From: Pelagomonas calceolata
Taxonomy: Eukaryota
Assembly: GCA_918797485.1 (NCBI GenBank)
Contig: CAKKNE010000002.1
Coordinates: 1,054,001 to 1,118,000, forward strand
Direction: 5' to 3'
DNA: 64,000 nt
Part shown: in pieces, positions 1 through 10,179 of the stretch
Numbering within the stretch: the first letter of the stretch is position 1
Layout of the letters: every line of letters begins with the position of its first letter
The notes under the pieces: model-generated
Told to the model about the DNA's origin: nothing
Databases searched by the model: none
The model's input: the letters and a program-made list of their open reading frames with translations, nothing else
Program-made: the position numbers and the translations under genes

Positions 1-195
1 GTAGTGGCACTCGCACGACGTCGACGCCTTCGGGTGTGCCTCGCCGTCGCCGTCGCGCAGCACCTTATACATGAGACCGCTCTCGAGCGTGACGACGCCA
101 TCTTCTTTAGCTTTCGCCTCGAGCCAGGTCTTGCCTTCCGGGCTCGTGCCCGCGTGCGCAGCGGCTAGTAGCAGGCATGCGATTGCCGAACGCAT
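1..195 (-). CDS. FKBP-type peptidyl-prolyl isomerase (FkpA/Mip-like), 5' part only
   Basis: Manual translation from ATG 195: MRSAIACLLLAAAHA (signal peptide) GTSPEGKTWLEAKAKEDGVVTLESGLMYKVLRDGDG...CECHY. This is the FKBP_N pattern (GV.tl.SGL.Y.vl..G.G) leading into the FKBP HY motif. Runs off the window edge. Confidence 0.85.
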   Translation of the reverse strand, partial: MRSAIACLLLAAAHAGTSPEGKTWLEAKAKEDGVVTLESGLMYKVLRDGDGEAHPKASTSCECHY

Positions 196-387
196 TGTGG
201 TAATGGATCAGTCTATATTTTTTAATGGATGCCGAAAGTGGGGACTTGCTGCTGTCACGCGCGAAGTTGCAAACTGATGGTTGCACACGTCTAACGAGGT
301 AGTGAGAGCAGCGATGTGAACCGCAAACGTGTAACTGGGCAGTGTGTGCAGTAATAACTCCAAAAAAGTCCAGCTGGAACTTAATAC

Positions 388-410
388 CTAGCGGCCTGTA
401 AGACACTAGC
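388..410. promoter_or_regulatory. Motif P copy (putative promoter element)
   Basis: CTAGCGGCCTGTAAGACACTAGC, about midway between divergent ATGs at 195 (-) and 620 (+). Confidence 0.6.
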
Positions 411-619
411 AAGCACAAAATCGGCTGTCGCGAGGCTGTTAGGAGCGATAGGCATCCAAATTGCCTGTAGAGAAGCGCCTGACATAAGCGCCGAGCGACG
501 CGACCTCAAGCCAAACACCAGTTGTCCGTCTCGACGCGGCAAAAATAGAGATTGCACAGAGCAGCTCAGGCCTGCAGTAATAACTCGCGACGCGGCACGC
601 CATCGATGCAGGAAGTAGC

Positions 620-1741
620 ATGAAGATAGCGCTGCTCCTCCTCGCCGTCCAAGCACAGGAAACACCGACGCACTGCGGCCACCCCTGCCCGGCACGAGGC
701 AGCCGCGGCCCGACGAAAAACGTCCACGGCTGGCGCAAGTGGAAGGACTTGGTGCACTACCACATCGCGAAGAACGCGGGCACAACATTAAGAAGCGTGG
801 TCACGAAGCGCTACGGCGGCTTGGAGCTGCACGGGCCCGGCAAGAAGGCGTATGGAGAATACTTTAATGATGCCGGCCGCAAGTGGGCGGGCCGCTACTT
901 CGTGGCCATGGCGCGCGAGCCCACCTCCAAGCTCATGTCGCAGTTCTTTTACGTGAGAGCGTCGCTCGGAGGTGATTTCGGCACGTGGCACCGGTGCGTG
1001 ACGTTTCATGAATATGTTGAGTCCAAAAGGGCGCGGCACAACCACCAGTTTTCCCAATTGGTCGCGGGTAGTAGATTAGCAGCTTGTGATCCGTCTCACA
1101 ATGTATCGTACTTCAAGCGCCCGCGGCACGAGGCCGGTATTACAAAAGCTCAAGATGTTTGTAAGGGAGGCGCTGCGGTCCTCAAGAGCCGCATCCTCGA
1201 GATCCTGAGACAGCCTAGATTATTTGTTGGTTTGGTGGAGGACTTCGACGCTTCATTAGTCTCATTGCAAAGAGAAACAGGTTTACCGGACGCGACGTAC
1301 TGCCACAAGCGCACGACGAAAGGTGCCCTAAACAAGCCGCGCCACTTGACGGAAGACACGCGGCACGCCTCATCAAGGCGCAACGAGCTGGACGAGATCT
1401 TCTACGAGGCGGCCCGAGAGGTGCACGCCTGGAAGCGGTGCTGCTACGGCGTCGACGACGCGGCCGTGGCGGACTTTCGTCGGAAGAATTTGGAGTTCCA
1501 GCACTCGACGGGCTGCCACGTGATTCATGATAGGAAACAGAAGGGTCTAGATAATAGAACGGTGGGAGACCCGAACTGGCACGGCCGCGGCACGGACCAG
1601 TACGGGGCCAAATGTGCGGCTTTGGATCCGAGAAAATACGCGTTGCCGGGCGACTCGGACCAGTGGCGGCCGAAGGAGGACTGGTGCCCGCCTTCCTCGA
1701 AGCTCGTGGACGGGGACTGCGTGCCTCGTGCTAGTGTGTAA
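620..1741 (+). CDS. Secreted/Golgi sulfotransferase-family protein
   Basis: Signal peptide, 5'-PAPS loop HYHIAKNAGTT, 3'-phosphate motif AREPTSKLMSQFFY, and FVGLVEDFDASL and NELDEIFYE segments typical of Sulfotransfer_2/Gal-3-O-sulfotransferase-like proteins. Confidence 0.8.
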   Translation: MKIALLLLAVQAQETPTHCGHPCPARGSRGPTKNVHGWRKWKDLVHYHIAKNAGTTLRSVVTKRYGGLELHGPGKKAYGEYFNDAGRKWAGRYFVAMAREPTSKLMSQFFYVRASLGGDFGTWHRCVTFHEYVESKRARHNHQFSQLVAGSRLAACDPSHNVSYFKRPRHEAGITKAQDVCKGGAAVLKSRILEILRQPRLFVGLVEDFDASLVSLQRETGLPDATYCHKRTTKGALNKPRHLTEDTRHASSRRNELDEIFYEAAREVHAWKRCCYGVDDAAVADFRRKNLEFQHSTGCHVIHDRKQKGLDNRTVGDPNWHGRGTDQYGAKCAALDPRKYALPGDSDQWRPKEDWCPPSSKLVDGDCVPRASV

Positions 1742-2107
1742 GTGGATGTTGTTGTTTTTCTGGCCGCGTCGATGGCGTAGGTGTGAGAGAGTCGCTTATT
1801 GAGCTAGCCCCTCGGGACCCTCACACGCAGGCGTCCAGCGGGTGCCCAGCCCGCACGTTGAAAATCGGGCGGCGCGGCGCGGCGCTGCGGCTGGCGCTGC
1901 ACGCGCAAAAGGGCCATCGCGCACTCTTGCGGCTGCACTGTGTGCACGTCGCACCACCCACAGTTGTTGCCGTGAGGAACTCTCCGAGGCTGCCCTTCGC
2001 GAACTCAGGACCTGTCCAGAGGGCAGCAGCCAAGACCTCACAGAGCCGCGGCCCGAGAGCTCGCACCACCGCGAACGCTTTCGACGCGCGACCACAACGG
2101 CCGGACC

Positions 2108-2497
2108 ATGTCGTCGACCGCCAAGCTCTTCTCGTCTCCCGGCTTCGGCCACATCGACCCGAGCGTCGAGCGCGGCCAGCTGCGCAAGGAGATCGACGCG
2201 GCGATGACTCGCGTCGACAAGTTGCTGAAGAACAGCAATATCGAGGCGGCCGAGCGCATCAAGAGGGTCGAGGACCTCAAAGACGAGATCAATCAGAAGA
2301 AGGCGCGCATCGCCGAGATCAAGGCGGCGGCGCGAAAAGCGTCGCGCGCGCCGACGCCGCCGGCGACGCCGCGCGAGCTCGCGCCCGTCGCGCCGCCGGG
2401 GTCGCGGTCGCCGCGGCCCGTCGTCCCGGTCCGGGTCGGCCCGCCCGGGCACACGCAGCCGTGGAGCCCGGACCGCGCGAAGGCGCTCAAGACGTAA
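2108..2497 (+). CDS. Small coiled-coil hypothetical protein
   Basis: 129-aa ATG ORF with GC3-rich codon usage, a K/E-rich heptad segment and a Pro-rich tail. Confidence 0.65.
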   Translation: MSSTAKLFSSPGFGHIDPSVERGQLRKEIDAAMTRVDKLLKNSNIEAAERIKRVEDLKDEINQKKARIAEIKAAARKASRAPTPPATPRELAPVAPPGSRSPRPVVPVRVGPPGHTQPWSPDRAKALKT

Positions 2498-2512
2498 TTA
2501 TTCAAGTTGTGC

Positions 2513-3589
2513 CTAGTGGTAGACGGGTCCGACGCCCGGCGCGACGCCCAGTGCCCCTAGCTCGGTCGCGTCTGCCGCCGTGACCTCGTGCTCGGGCTGC
2601 TTCGAGGCGAACTCCTTCCCGACCTTGTCGGCGTAGAGCGTCGAGTCCGTCCGCGGCGGCCGCGGGTGGCCCAGGTTGTCCTTGATGCGGTCGAGCGCCG
2701 CGAGCTCGGCGCCGGCCTTGACCTGCGCGGCGGCGCCGCGGTGACGGCGCTGCCGGCGAATCCGCGCGCAACCCGACCGTCGATGGCGTGCAGACACGGA
2801 GCTCGCACCGCCTTACAAAACGGCGCGACCTGGTCCTCGTCACTGAATTTGAGGACGTACTCGGCGCCGCCGTGCCTGTGCGGACAAGTCGACTTTCACG
2901 CCGCCATCGACGCGACGTCGCCTCGATGGCGTTTCGGTCCACGGACCCGAGTCGCTGGGATTCGACACAGCCTCGCGCATCTTCTTGTAAATGAGGACCT
3001 TGTGCGGGTCCGACTCGACCTCGGCCGCGAGATCCGCGAGGGGCACGGCGAACTTGGGCACGGCGCCCTTCGTCGAGCCCGGCGGGAAGGCGAAGAGGTG
3101 CGTGCCCTTGACGAGGACGTGGACGCCCTGGCGCGACGCGCAGCAGAAGCATAACGGCACGTCGCGTGCCAACTCGGCGTCGCCCTCGAAGTTGGCGCCC
3201 GTGCGGCCGCGGACGCTCTCGAGCGAGCCGAACTTTTGAGGTGTGCGCTTCGACGACGACAGTCCGAGTAAATCAGACGCGGACTTCATGAGGCCGCGGC
3301 CAAGCGAGCGCCGCGGCTTGACCGCGGGCTTGGCCGGCGGGAATTGTGCGGGCGTCTTGCCGGCGGGCGGCGTCGTTTTCTCCTCGGCGCCGTCGGCGGT
3401 GCCGTACTTGTCGAGGGCACCGGCCTCTGGCGCGTCGGCCGTGCGGTAGACGGCCTGCGGCGTGGCCGGCTTCGCGTCGTCGACCTCCGACAGCGTCGAG
3501 CCTGTCGGCGTCGGTGTCTTGTCGACCGGCGCGTCGGCCACGTCGACGTCGACGTCGATACCGTCGGTCTTGGATTCTGAGGCGCCCAT
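2513..3589 (-). CDS. N-myristoylated PH-domain-like protein; exons 3589-2979, 2875-2809, 2722-2513
   Basis: Starts MGASESK (myristoylation consensus). Removing two introns joins ...HVLVKGTHLFAF...PKFAVPL...KVLIYKKM|HGGAEYVLKFSDEDQVAPFCKA|VKAG..., a PH-like strand/helix pattern in one continuous frame. Confidence 0.7.
2723..2808 (-). mobile_element. Degenerate introner-like intron (86 bp, GT-AG)
   Basis: GTGCGAGC...CGCAG. Contains the ACGCCATCGACG core and its removal restores the frame. Inverted ends and duplication are mostly decayed. Confidence 0.55.
2876..2978 (-). mobile_element. Introner-like intron (103 bp, GC-AG)
   Basis: Ends CTGTGTCGAATC / ...CCGCACAG, 8-bp duplication GCGCGAGG vs GCACGGCG, internal hairpin CGCCATCGA...TCGATGGCG. 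Confidence 0.7.
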
Positions 3590-3812
3590 CTGTCTGCTAG
3601 CTACTTTTGACGCTGTCGAGCGAGAGTATCCCCGCCGGCGCAATCGGCTGCTTTATCAATGACCCCTCTTTATTGACCTATTTCTAGGCGATTTGTGGCC
3701 TAATCAACGCGCCAAAGTCAAGTGGGGAACGCAATAATTGGCGCAAGTCCGCGCAATCAACGGCGACTGCCAGTTTTGAGTCGCTAGGGTACGACGTGGT
3801 CTCAGGTTTGGA

Positions 3813-3836
3813 GCTAGCGGCATGTAAGGCACTAGC
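3813..3836. promoter_or_regulatory. Motif P copy
   Basis: GCTAGCGGCATGTAAGGCACTAGC between divergent ATGs 3589 (-) and 3948 (+). Confidence 0.6.
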
Positions 3837-3947
3837 AAGCCTGCCGTGAAAGCGCGCGCGCCAAGCGCTGCTGGTACGCAGGCTGCAGACTGTGCAAAGG
3901 ACCAATAAATCTCTCGCTCGCGCTGCGCGCACGCATAGCACAAATCG

Positions 3948-5519
3948 ATGCCGCCCTCCACGGCGACGCATGTGATCGATGCCGTCGAGCGTCGCGTCGC
4001 GGCCGCGGTCGCCGTCGCCGGCGGCGGCGCAGCGCTCGCCACAGTGCTCCTACGTCTACTCCTCTGGCAACCCCTCAACATAGCTCAAGCGCTGTGCGTG
4101 GGCCTGGCCGTCGCGGCGTCATTAGCGGCCTCGATGCTGCTCGCCGGGCCCGTGGCCTTCGCGGCGCGCGAGCCGGCGCGGCGCGCAGCATTCTCAATGC
4201 TAGGCCGCGCGGCGGCGGGCGGCGCGGCGGGCGCGATCATGGGACGGGGCGTCGCCGGTGAATTGCTGGGAGGCGCCGTCGCGGGTCTCAGTGATGCGGT
4301 GGCCCGGGGCTGCATGACCCTCGGCACGCGGCCGGACCGCCGCATGGTTTCTGATGTATTGATAGCTTCGTTCATCGCTGCTTTACGGTCGGCGTGCGGC
4401 GCATCCCTCATAGCGCGGGCCTACGGCGACGAATCGAGATATGTTGAGCTGTGGATAAGGAGCGCATTAAGTGCCCTGGCGACGCACCTCCTCTGCGATA
4501 TTTCAAGAAGGTGGCTCGCCTACGCGTGCCGCCAGCCCATTGATATGAGAAGCATTGCCGAGCGCGTGCCCGATAGACGGTTCCAGCCGAAGACGGAGTG
4601 GTCAGTAGCGCTGGCCGTCGAGGCATCAGAATTAGGCGACCCCATCACGGCAAAGACGAAGCGAATCAATGCAACAAAAAAACGGAGCGGCTTCGTCGCG
4701 CGGTCGTCAGCAGACCCCTTCGCGGCCGCGTCGAGTCAGACGCAGCCCTGGCGCGTGCGCATTGATATGCGGCGGCAGGCGTTGCAGGCGGCCGTCACCC
4801 AGGCCTTCGCCAAGGAGACGTCCGTGGACTTTCGAAGTGCGTGGCTCGCGCCCTTTTCAGCGCTCGACCTCGCGTCGGGCGGGTTAATTCTGGGCGACGC
4901 GGCGCTGGACGCGTCGCATCGGCTGGCGAAGTGGCTTTCATTAAGGGCGTTGGGGGACGGGTTGTTGGAGGTTGCGGACGATTCTGCGAGGGACCGGGCG
5001 CTGGACGTCGCGCTGCTCGTGTTGGACGGCCTCACGGTACGTGTAGATTTAGCCACGAACCACGTGGAACGGGACGCGCTGGGTACTGTTAGGGAAGACA
5101 CGCTGGCCTGTGCGATCCGGAAGGGGCGCGCGACCCCGAAAGACCGGTCCTCGCTGCCGGCGTGGCTCCTCGATCTCATTGATCCGCGGCCGCAGCCGCG
5201 CGTCGGCAATCTGATGGTGTCGGCGGCCGAGTGTTCGGCCTGCGCGGCGGCCGCTCGTATCGTGGCCACGTGCTCTTCCTTCAAGAGGGACGGCGCGGCG
5301 CGCGCGGCGGCATGCCTGAACTCGCTCGCCGGCGCGCAGCGGGCGCTGGGCGGCGTGCCGCCGTCTCCAGATAGAGACGCGCTCATGCTCGACGTGGCGC
5401 ACGCGACCGATTCGTTGTGCGCGGCGTTCCGCTCTGATTTATCTCGCTTCGCGTTCGCGCCGGAGTACGCGTCGACGCTGCGGCGGCACGCGGATGCGGC
5501 GGCGTATAACTATAACTAG
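3948..5519 (+). CDS. Multi-pass membrane protein, possibly Ndc1-like nucleoporin
   Basis: 523-aa ORF with several N-terminal hydrophobic helices and a helical C-terminal domain loosely recalling Ndc1. The family call is tentative. Confidence 0.5.
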   Translation: MPPSTATHVIDAVERRVAAAVAVAGGGAALATVLLRLLLWQPLNIAQALCVGLAVAASLAASMLLAGPVAFAAREPARRAAFSMLGRAAAGGAAGAIMGRGVAGELLGGAVAGLSDAVARGCMTLGTRPDRRMVSDVLIASFIAALRSACGASLIARAYGDESRYVELWIRSALSALATHLLCDISRRWLAYACRQPIDMRSIAERVPDRRFQPKTEWSVALAVEASELGDPITAKTKRINATKKRSGFVARSSADPFAAASSQTQPWRVRIDMRRQALQAAVTQAFAKETSVDFRSAWLAPFSALDLASGGLILGDAALDASHRLAKWLSLRALGDGLLEVADDSARDRALDVALLVLDGLTVRVDLATNHVERDALGTVREDTLACAIRKGRATPKDRSSLPAWLLDLIDPRPQPRVGNLMVSAAECSACAAAARIVATCSSFKRDGAARAAACLNSLAGAQRALGGVPPSPDRDALMLDVAHATDSLCAAFRSDLSRFAFAPEYASTLRRHADAAAYNYN

Positions 5520-5735
5520 CCCATGGCTTTCTTGCTTTCCTCCCGCGGTTCCTTGGATTTCCTTCCCGGACCTTCCGAGTCTCGAGTCGTCCCGGGCCGC
5601 GAACGCAGAACTTGCCAGAAGGAGGGCACAAGAGGCCCGGAGCAAGCCACGAAAGCTCATCACCCATCACGGGCGGACCTTTCTGCGGACGGGTACCCCG
5701 CGCCCAGCACCACTTAACCTCAGGCTCAGGCTCGT

Positions 5736-5759
5736 GCTAGTGTCTTACTGGCCGCTAGC
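5736..5759. promoter_or_regulatory. Motif P copy (reverse orientation)
   Basis: GCTAGTGTCTTACTGGCCGCTAGC, 180 bp upstream of ATG 5939. Confidence 0.6.
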
Positions 5760-5938
5760 GCGATTTCATTCACAGTTACTCGGGCTGCCAAGGAGCTGAA
5801 GCGGTGGTTGTTTCATTCGCCCAAGCGTTATTACTGCAGATCGCGATTAATTCTCGACTTCGGCGCAAAGCGGGTCACATCAGGTAGCTCCAACCGCTCC
5901 TCACAGAGGGAGAGAGAGCAGACATAGAGCAGCGCTAC

Positions 5939-6871
5939 ATGCGCGTGCTCCTCCTCCTCACAGCAGCAGGGAGTGCGCTGCGACCACCGAAGATGGCGAC
6001 CCTGAGACAGACGGCCCACGGCCTCGCCGCGAAGACCGTCGCCCGCGAGGACGCGACGACGTCTCGATTACTGGCCCTCGAGGCGGAGCGCCGCGAGTTG
6101 CAAGCCAGACTCGCCGCGAACGAGGAGCGGCAGCGGGCACTAGCTCTAGGCAAGGACGTCGAGCCCAAGCCGCCGCGCGTGCTCAAGAAGTCGTCTTCAG
6201 CGTCGTGCGAAGCGTCCCCAACGGTTTGGTCCGACGAGTGCGATATTGACTACGACGTCGAGGACTCGAGTCCAGCCCTGGCGCCGGACGAGTCGACGAC
6301 GGAGTTTTTACTAGGCGCCGCATCCCGGGGAAGCTGGCTGGTTGGTCTACTGGCGGCGCAGTCGCTGTCCAGTCTCGTCTTAGAAGCGAATGAGGTCGTC
6401 ATCCAGAAACACCCGGTCATCGTCTTCTTCCTGACGATGCTGGTGGGTGCCGGCGGCAACGCGGGCAACCAGGCGGCCGTGCGAGTGATCCGGGGGCTGG
6501 CGGTCGGCGCGGTCGTGCCCGGAGAAAATGGTGCGTCGTTCGTGTTACGGGAGGCGCGCATGGCCCTGGTGCTGGCTGCGGCGTTGAGTGTGGTGGGCTA
6601 CTGCCGCGTCATCGCCTTCACGGCGAACACGTCGTCGACCGAGGCGCTGGCGGTCGCGGCGTCGCTCTTTTTGATAGTGGCGCTCTCGATCGTGCTGGGG
6701 GCAGCATTACCCATCTTCCTCGAGAAGATCAATGCGGGCGCCTCGAATGCGGCGACGACGATCCAGGTGGTCATGGACGTCTCGGGCGTGCTCATCACGT
6801 GCGCGGTGTGCGGCTACCTGCTGGACGGGACGTCGCCTTTAGCGGTATTGCTGCCGGGGGTTGCGGGGTAA
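5939..6871 (+). CDS. mgtE: MgtE-family Mg2+ transporter, probably plastid-targeted
   Basis: RGSWLVGLL, FLTMLVGAGGNAGNQAAVRVIRGLA and TTIQVVMDVSG match the MgtE membrane domain. N-terminal signal plus transit-like peptide. Confidence 0.85.
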   Translation: MRVLLLLTAAGSALRPPKMATLRQTAHGLAAKTVAREDATTSRLLALEAERRELQARLAANEERQRALALGKDVEPKPPRVLKKSSSASCEASPTVWSDECDIDYDVEDSSPALAPDESTTEFLLGAASRGSWLVGLLAAQSLSSLVLEANEVVIQKHPVIVFFLTMLVGAGGNAGNQAAVRVIRGLAVGAVVPGENGASFVLREARMALVLAAALSVVGYCRVIAFTANTSSTEALAVAASLFLIVALSIVLGAALPIFLEKINAGASNAATTIQVVMDVSGVLITCAVCGYLLDGTSPLAVLLPGVAG

Positions 6872-6898
6872 GGTGTGGAGTCTATTCTTTCGCCTGGG

Positions 6899-6946
6899 CG
6901 CGTTGATGGCGTCGAGGGACGCTCTGTTACGGTGCTTGGACAAGTG
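6899..6946 (+). terminator. Motif C+B cassette (putative 3' boundary element)
   Basis: CGCGTTGATGGCGT...TCTGTTACGGTGCTTGGACAAGTG, 28 bp after stop 6871 and homologous to 38382-38439. Function is inferred only from position and orientation. Confidence 0.35.
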
Positions 6947-6958
6947 TTTGCTATTTTC

Positions 6959-6981
6959 GCTAGTGTCTTACATGCCGCTAG
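6959..6981. promoter_or_regulatory. Motif P copy (reverse)
   Basis: GCTAGTGTCTTACATGCCGCTAG upstream of ATG 7227. Confidence 0.6.
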
Positions 6982-7226
6982 TAATCAAACCGCGGCCGAA
7001 TCAAAATTTACTGTGCCCGAGGCTACATACGGGCTCACTGGTGCTTGCTTGTTGCTCACTGTATACCAGCCGGCGCACCGCGAAAGACGCGGTCGAAAGG
7101 CTCGCTCAGAGTGCTGTGCTTGCTCAAAAATACATTGCTGCGTGCTAGACGCCGCTGTGCGACGCCAAACTCACAGAAGTAGCGCGCGCCGCCAATTTAG
7201 CCCGCCGCCGCCAGCAACTAGCTAAA

Positions 7227-8618
7227 ATGCCGCCGCCGCGCAACGCCAGCACCTACAACGCGCGCCCGCCGACGCGCGAGCGCGAGGAGCTCGCGAAGCG
7301 ATGCCTCGAGCGCTCGAAAAACGCTCTACTGGAATTTCAGAAGAAGAGCGCCGCATTGGGCGTCGCCGTGGCGCCGATGACGGCGCCGGACGGGACGACG
7401 GTGGCGTACGACCACTTCGAGGGCGTGCGCGTCGCGCCGCCGGTGGAGAACGCCGTCATCAAGCTCGTGGAGGAGACCGCGCCAGCAATGCCCGCACCGA
7501 AACCGCGGCTGCCGCTCTCGCCGAAGAACACGACCACGACGTCGTCCTGGAAGACGGGGTTCCTCGAAACAAAAAAGACGGACGCGCGCGGCCGCTTCGT
7601 CGCGCCGCCGCCCGCGCCACCCCGCTCTACTGTAACGTGGAAGGCGCCGCCGCCGAAGTCTCCGTCCGCGGACGTGGCGGCCCTGCCGACGCCGACGCTC
7701 GTCGGCGCGCTCGAGGCGGACCTCGGCGCGCGCCTGGGGACCACGCCACAACCGGAGCCGGCCGCGCGCGCGGCGCCGGCGTTCTCGCCGATGCCCGTCG
7801 CTCCCGTCGTCGAGCCGGAGCCGGAGCCAGTCGTTCCCGCGCCGGAGGCGCCGGACGCCGCGCCGGTGTCGCCCGCGCCCGTCGTCGAGCCGGAGCCGGA
7901 GCCGGAGGCCGAGCCGCCCGCCGCTCCCGCGCCGGAGGCGGCGCCTCCGAGCGACGCAGGGGCCACCAAGCCCGAAGCCGAGGAGGAGGAGGACCTTCAG
8001 GCCTTCCTCCGCCGGGGCCGGCGCCTGATCGCCGGGTCCGCCAGCGCCGCGGCCGAGCGCGAAGCACTCCGGGAGCAGGCCGCGGCGGCGGCGGCCGAGC
8101 GCGCGGCCCTGAGCGCGCGCCTCGCGGCCGTCGAGGCCAGCGCCGCCGCCGAGCCCGTCGCGGCCCCGGCGCCCGCCGCAAGGACCGCCGCGGAGCTGCT
8201 CGCCGAGGCCATGGCCACGATCGCGAACGACGAGACGCTAGCGAGCGAACCGAAGGTGCTGCGCGCGGCGACCAAAGCGGCGAAGGTCCTCACGGGCGCG
8301 CCGGAGACGCCGCCGCCCCCCGCGCCGCAGCCGGCGCCCGCGAAGCCCGCGAAGACGCCGTGGGTGCCGCCGCCGGCGCGGTCGCGGAGCCGGTCGCCGC
8401 CGCGGCCCCGGTCGCCGCGGCCCCGGACCGTGCCCGCGCCGCCGCTCCCCGTGCCGTCCTCTTCGCCGCCGGTGCCGCGCGGCCGCACCGCCGACGACAC
8501 GTGGCGCCGGACCGCGGCGGCGTGGCGCAAGCGGCTCGCGGCCATCGAGGCGACGCACAAACGGCTGCGCGCGGGGCCGTTCCCCGAAATGCGGGAGCGG
8601 CCCTTTGTTACTTCTTAA
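7227..8618 (+). CDS. Pro/Ala-rich low-complexity hypothetical protein
   Basis: 463-aa ATG ORF in AAAATG context, with a duplicated PVVEPEPEP segment and short coiled coils. Confidence 0.65.
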   Translation: MPPPRNASTYNARPPTREREELAKRCLERSKNALLEFQKKSAALGVAVAPMTAPDGTTVAYDHFEGVRVAPPVENAVIKLVEETAPAMPAPKPRLPLSPKNTTTTSSWKTGFLETKKTDARGRFVAPPPAPPRSTVTWKAPPPKSPSADVAALPTPTLVGALEADLGARLGTTPQPEPAARAAPAFSPMPVAPVVEPEPEPVVPAPEAPDAAPVSPAPVVEPEPEPEAEPPAAPAPEAAPPSDAGATKPEAEEEEDLQAFLRRGRRLIAGSASAAAEREALREQAAAAAAERAALSARLAAVEASAAAEPVAAPAPAARTAAELLAEAMATIANDETLASEPKVLRAATKAAKVLTGAPETPPPPAPQPAPAKPAKTPWVPPPARSRSRSPPRPRSPRPRTVPAPPLPVPSSSPPVPRGRTADDTWRRTAAAWRKRLAAIEATHKRLRAGPFPEMRERPFVTS

Positions 8619-8694
8619 AGGCGGTCTTTTTGATCTTTTTGGCCGCGTCGGCGGCTTGTGCGAGTTTATATTGGGCTCAGAGGCTCCGCGCGTA

Positions 8695-8714
8695 GCTAGC
8701 TGTAAGACACTAGC
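8695..8714. promoter_or_regulatory. Motif P copy (shortened)
   Basis: GCTAGCTGTAAGACACTAGC upstream of ATG 8835. Confidence 0.55.
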
Positions 8715-8834
8715 CAGCAGGGCCAATTTTTGGCTTTGCGGCGCACGGGCTGCCCTCGCCCGTATAGATGCTCATGCGCAACGCGAGATGATGGCTACGC
8801 CCCCTCGACGACGAATAGTGAGCGCTATCAAAAG

Positions 8835-10045
8835 ATGAGGCTGCTGCTGCTCATCCTTAGCACCACCACAACACTGGTGCAGCCACGCACCGAGTTCCTC
8901 AAGTGTGCGCATCGACTCAAGGCGTACGGCGCGGCATGGCTCGCGCGCACGGAACTCCTCGCGCGCCAGCCCCTGTCTCAGAACAAGGACGCTCTTGAAT
9001 ACGCCTCGTTCCACATATTAATATACAGCATGAGATTGGGCGCTACGGCACTGAAGGCGGTGGACGACAGCTGGTGGGTGAACCACATCAGTGGCTACGA
9101 ACACGGCGTCTTCAGGATGAAAGGAAAAGAAGCGTCCGACACGAATGTGAACGCCATGGTAGAAATACTCACAAACAAACTGTGTGTACCCAGAACGACG
9201 CCGCCGACGTCGACGTTAGCATTAATACCCTTCTACGGCGGCCTCACGCGGGACGGCGCGCGCGACCGCGGAATCGACGAAGAAACGCCGAACACGGGGA
9301 CGGCCCATAGCGTGTCGAGTGGCGCGACGAAGCTGAAAACGCTGAAAGCCGTGCTTTGTTCGGCTCTATCGTTCTGCAAAGCCGCTCTGGTTGGTGTCCG
9401 TGTGGAAATCAAAATTTTACGGCGCGTTCGTGCTGAATCGTTGCGTCGTCCTCCACGCCATCGACGCGACGCTTGCTCGATGGCGTGGCGATGCTGGTTC
9501 CTCATCGCTCGACGGGGCCAGCACGGCCGTGTCATCGCCGTGAAATGACTTCGTGAAGAATTATTGGGTGCACCCAACGCACTGGTTTGATTTCCACACA
9601 GGTCGGCGTCTGTACCCCCGGAGACTACGAGTCTGTTAATGAATTAATAAGGACGCTGCCCGCCGGTCAAGCGCGGGCCGTGCTGTTGAACTGTGCGAAA
9701 GCACCGGCCTACACCCCATATAAACTTCTACGAATGGTCCAGCGCCACGCCAAGGGAAATTTGAACGCGTCGCAAGTCGCGCCGGCCGCGCGCGGTGTCG
9801 TGCCGTGGCTATCGTCTCTCGAGTACGAATTCGTTCTCTACGACGAGGCGGACCAGACGCTCCACTTCGAAGGCACGGCGTTGCGCGACGTCTTCGACGT
9901 TCTGACCCAGCACCCCGATTACTACGTGGCCCCGCAGCGCTACGAGAAGGGGTGGGGCGGCATCCCGCGGTTCGTTCTTCAGGGGAACTTGTCACGGTCG
10001 ATGAACAAGTGCGAGCGATCCTTGCCGCGGCTGGCGTATACATAA
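8835..10045 (+). CDS. Secreted hypothetical protein; exons 8835-9389, 9602-10045
   Basis: MRLLLLILST signal peptide. The spliced join ...CKAAL|VGVCTPGD... links two listed ORFs. A VLYDEADQ segment may be a glycosyltransferase-like acidic motif (weak). Confidence 0.7.
9390..9601 (+). mobile_element. Introner element intron (212 bp, GT-AG)
   Basis: Inverted ends CCGTGTGGAAATC (9398-9410) / GATTTCCACACAG (9589-9601), duplication GTTGGTGT vs GTCGGCGT. Interior is homologous to 27921-28076. Confidence 0.9.
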
Positions 10046-10179
10046 TGTGTAAGATACTTAGTACGAGTTCCCGTCACCGCGACTCCGAGTCGGAGACGAA
10101 GTGCGAGACACTTTGTGAGACGAGCCTGAGGGGCTTGGCGGACGTGGCGTCCACCAAGAGGGCGTTATTCTAAGTTAAT

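Noticed and set aside
7301..8695. 464-aa alternative-frame ORF and many similar Arg/Gly/Ala-rich overlapping ORFs
   Set aside because: Shadow ORFs expected from high GC3, with no recognisable motifs.
9390..9601. Recurring peptides such as VEIKF, WLISTQ and RRWRG in unrelated ORFs as a protein motif
   Set aside because: They are translations of introner DNA, not coding sequence.
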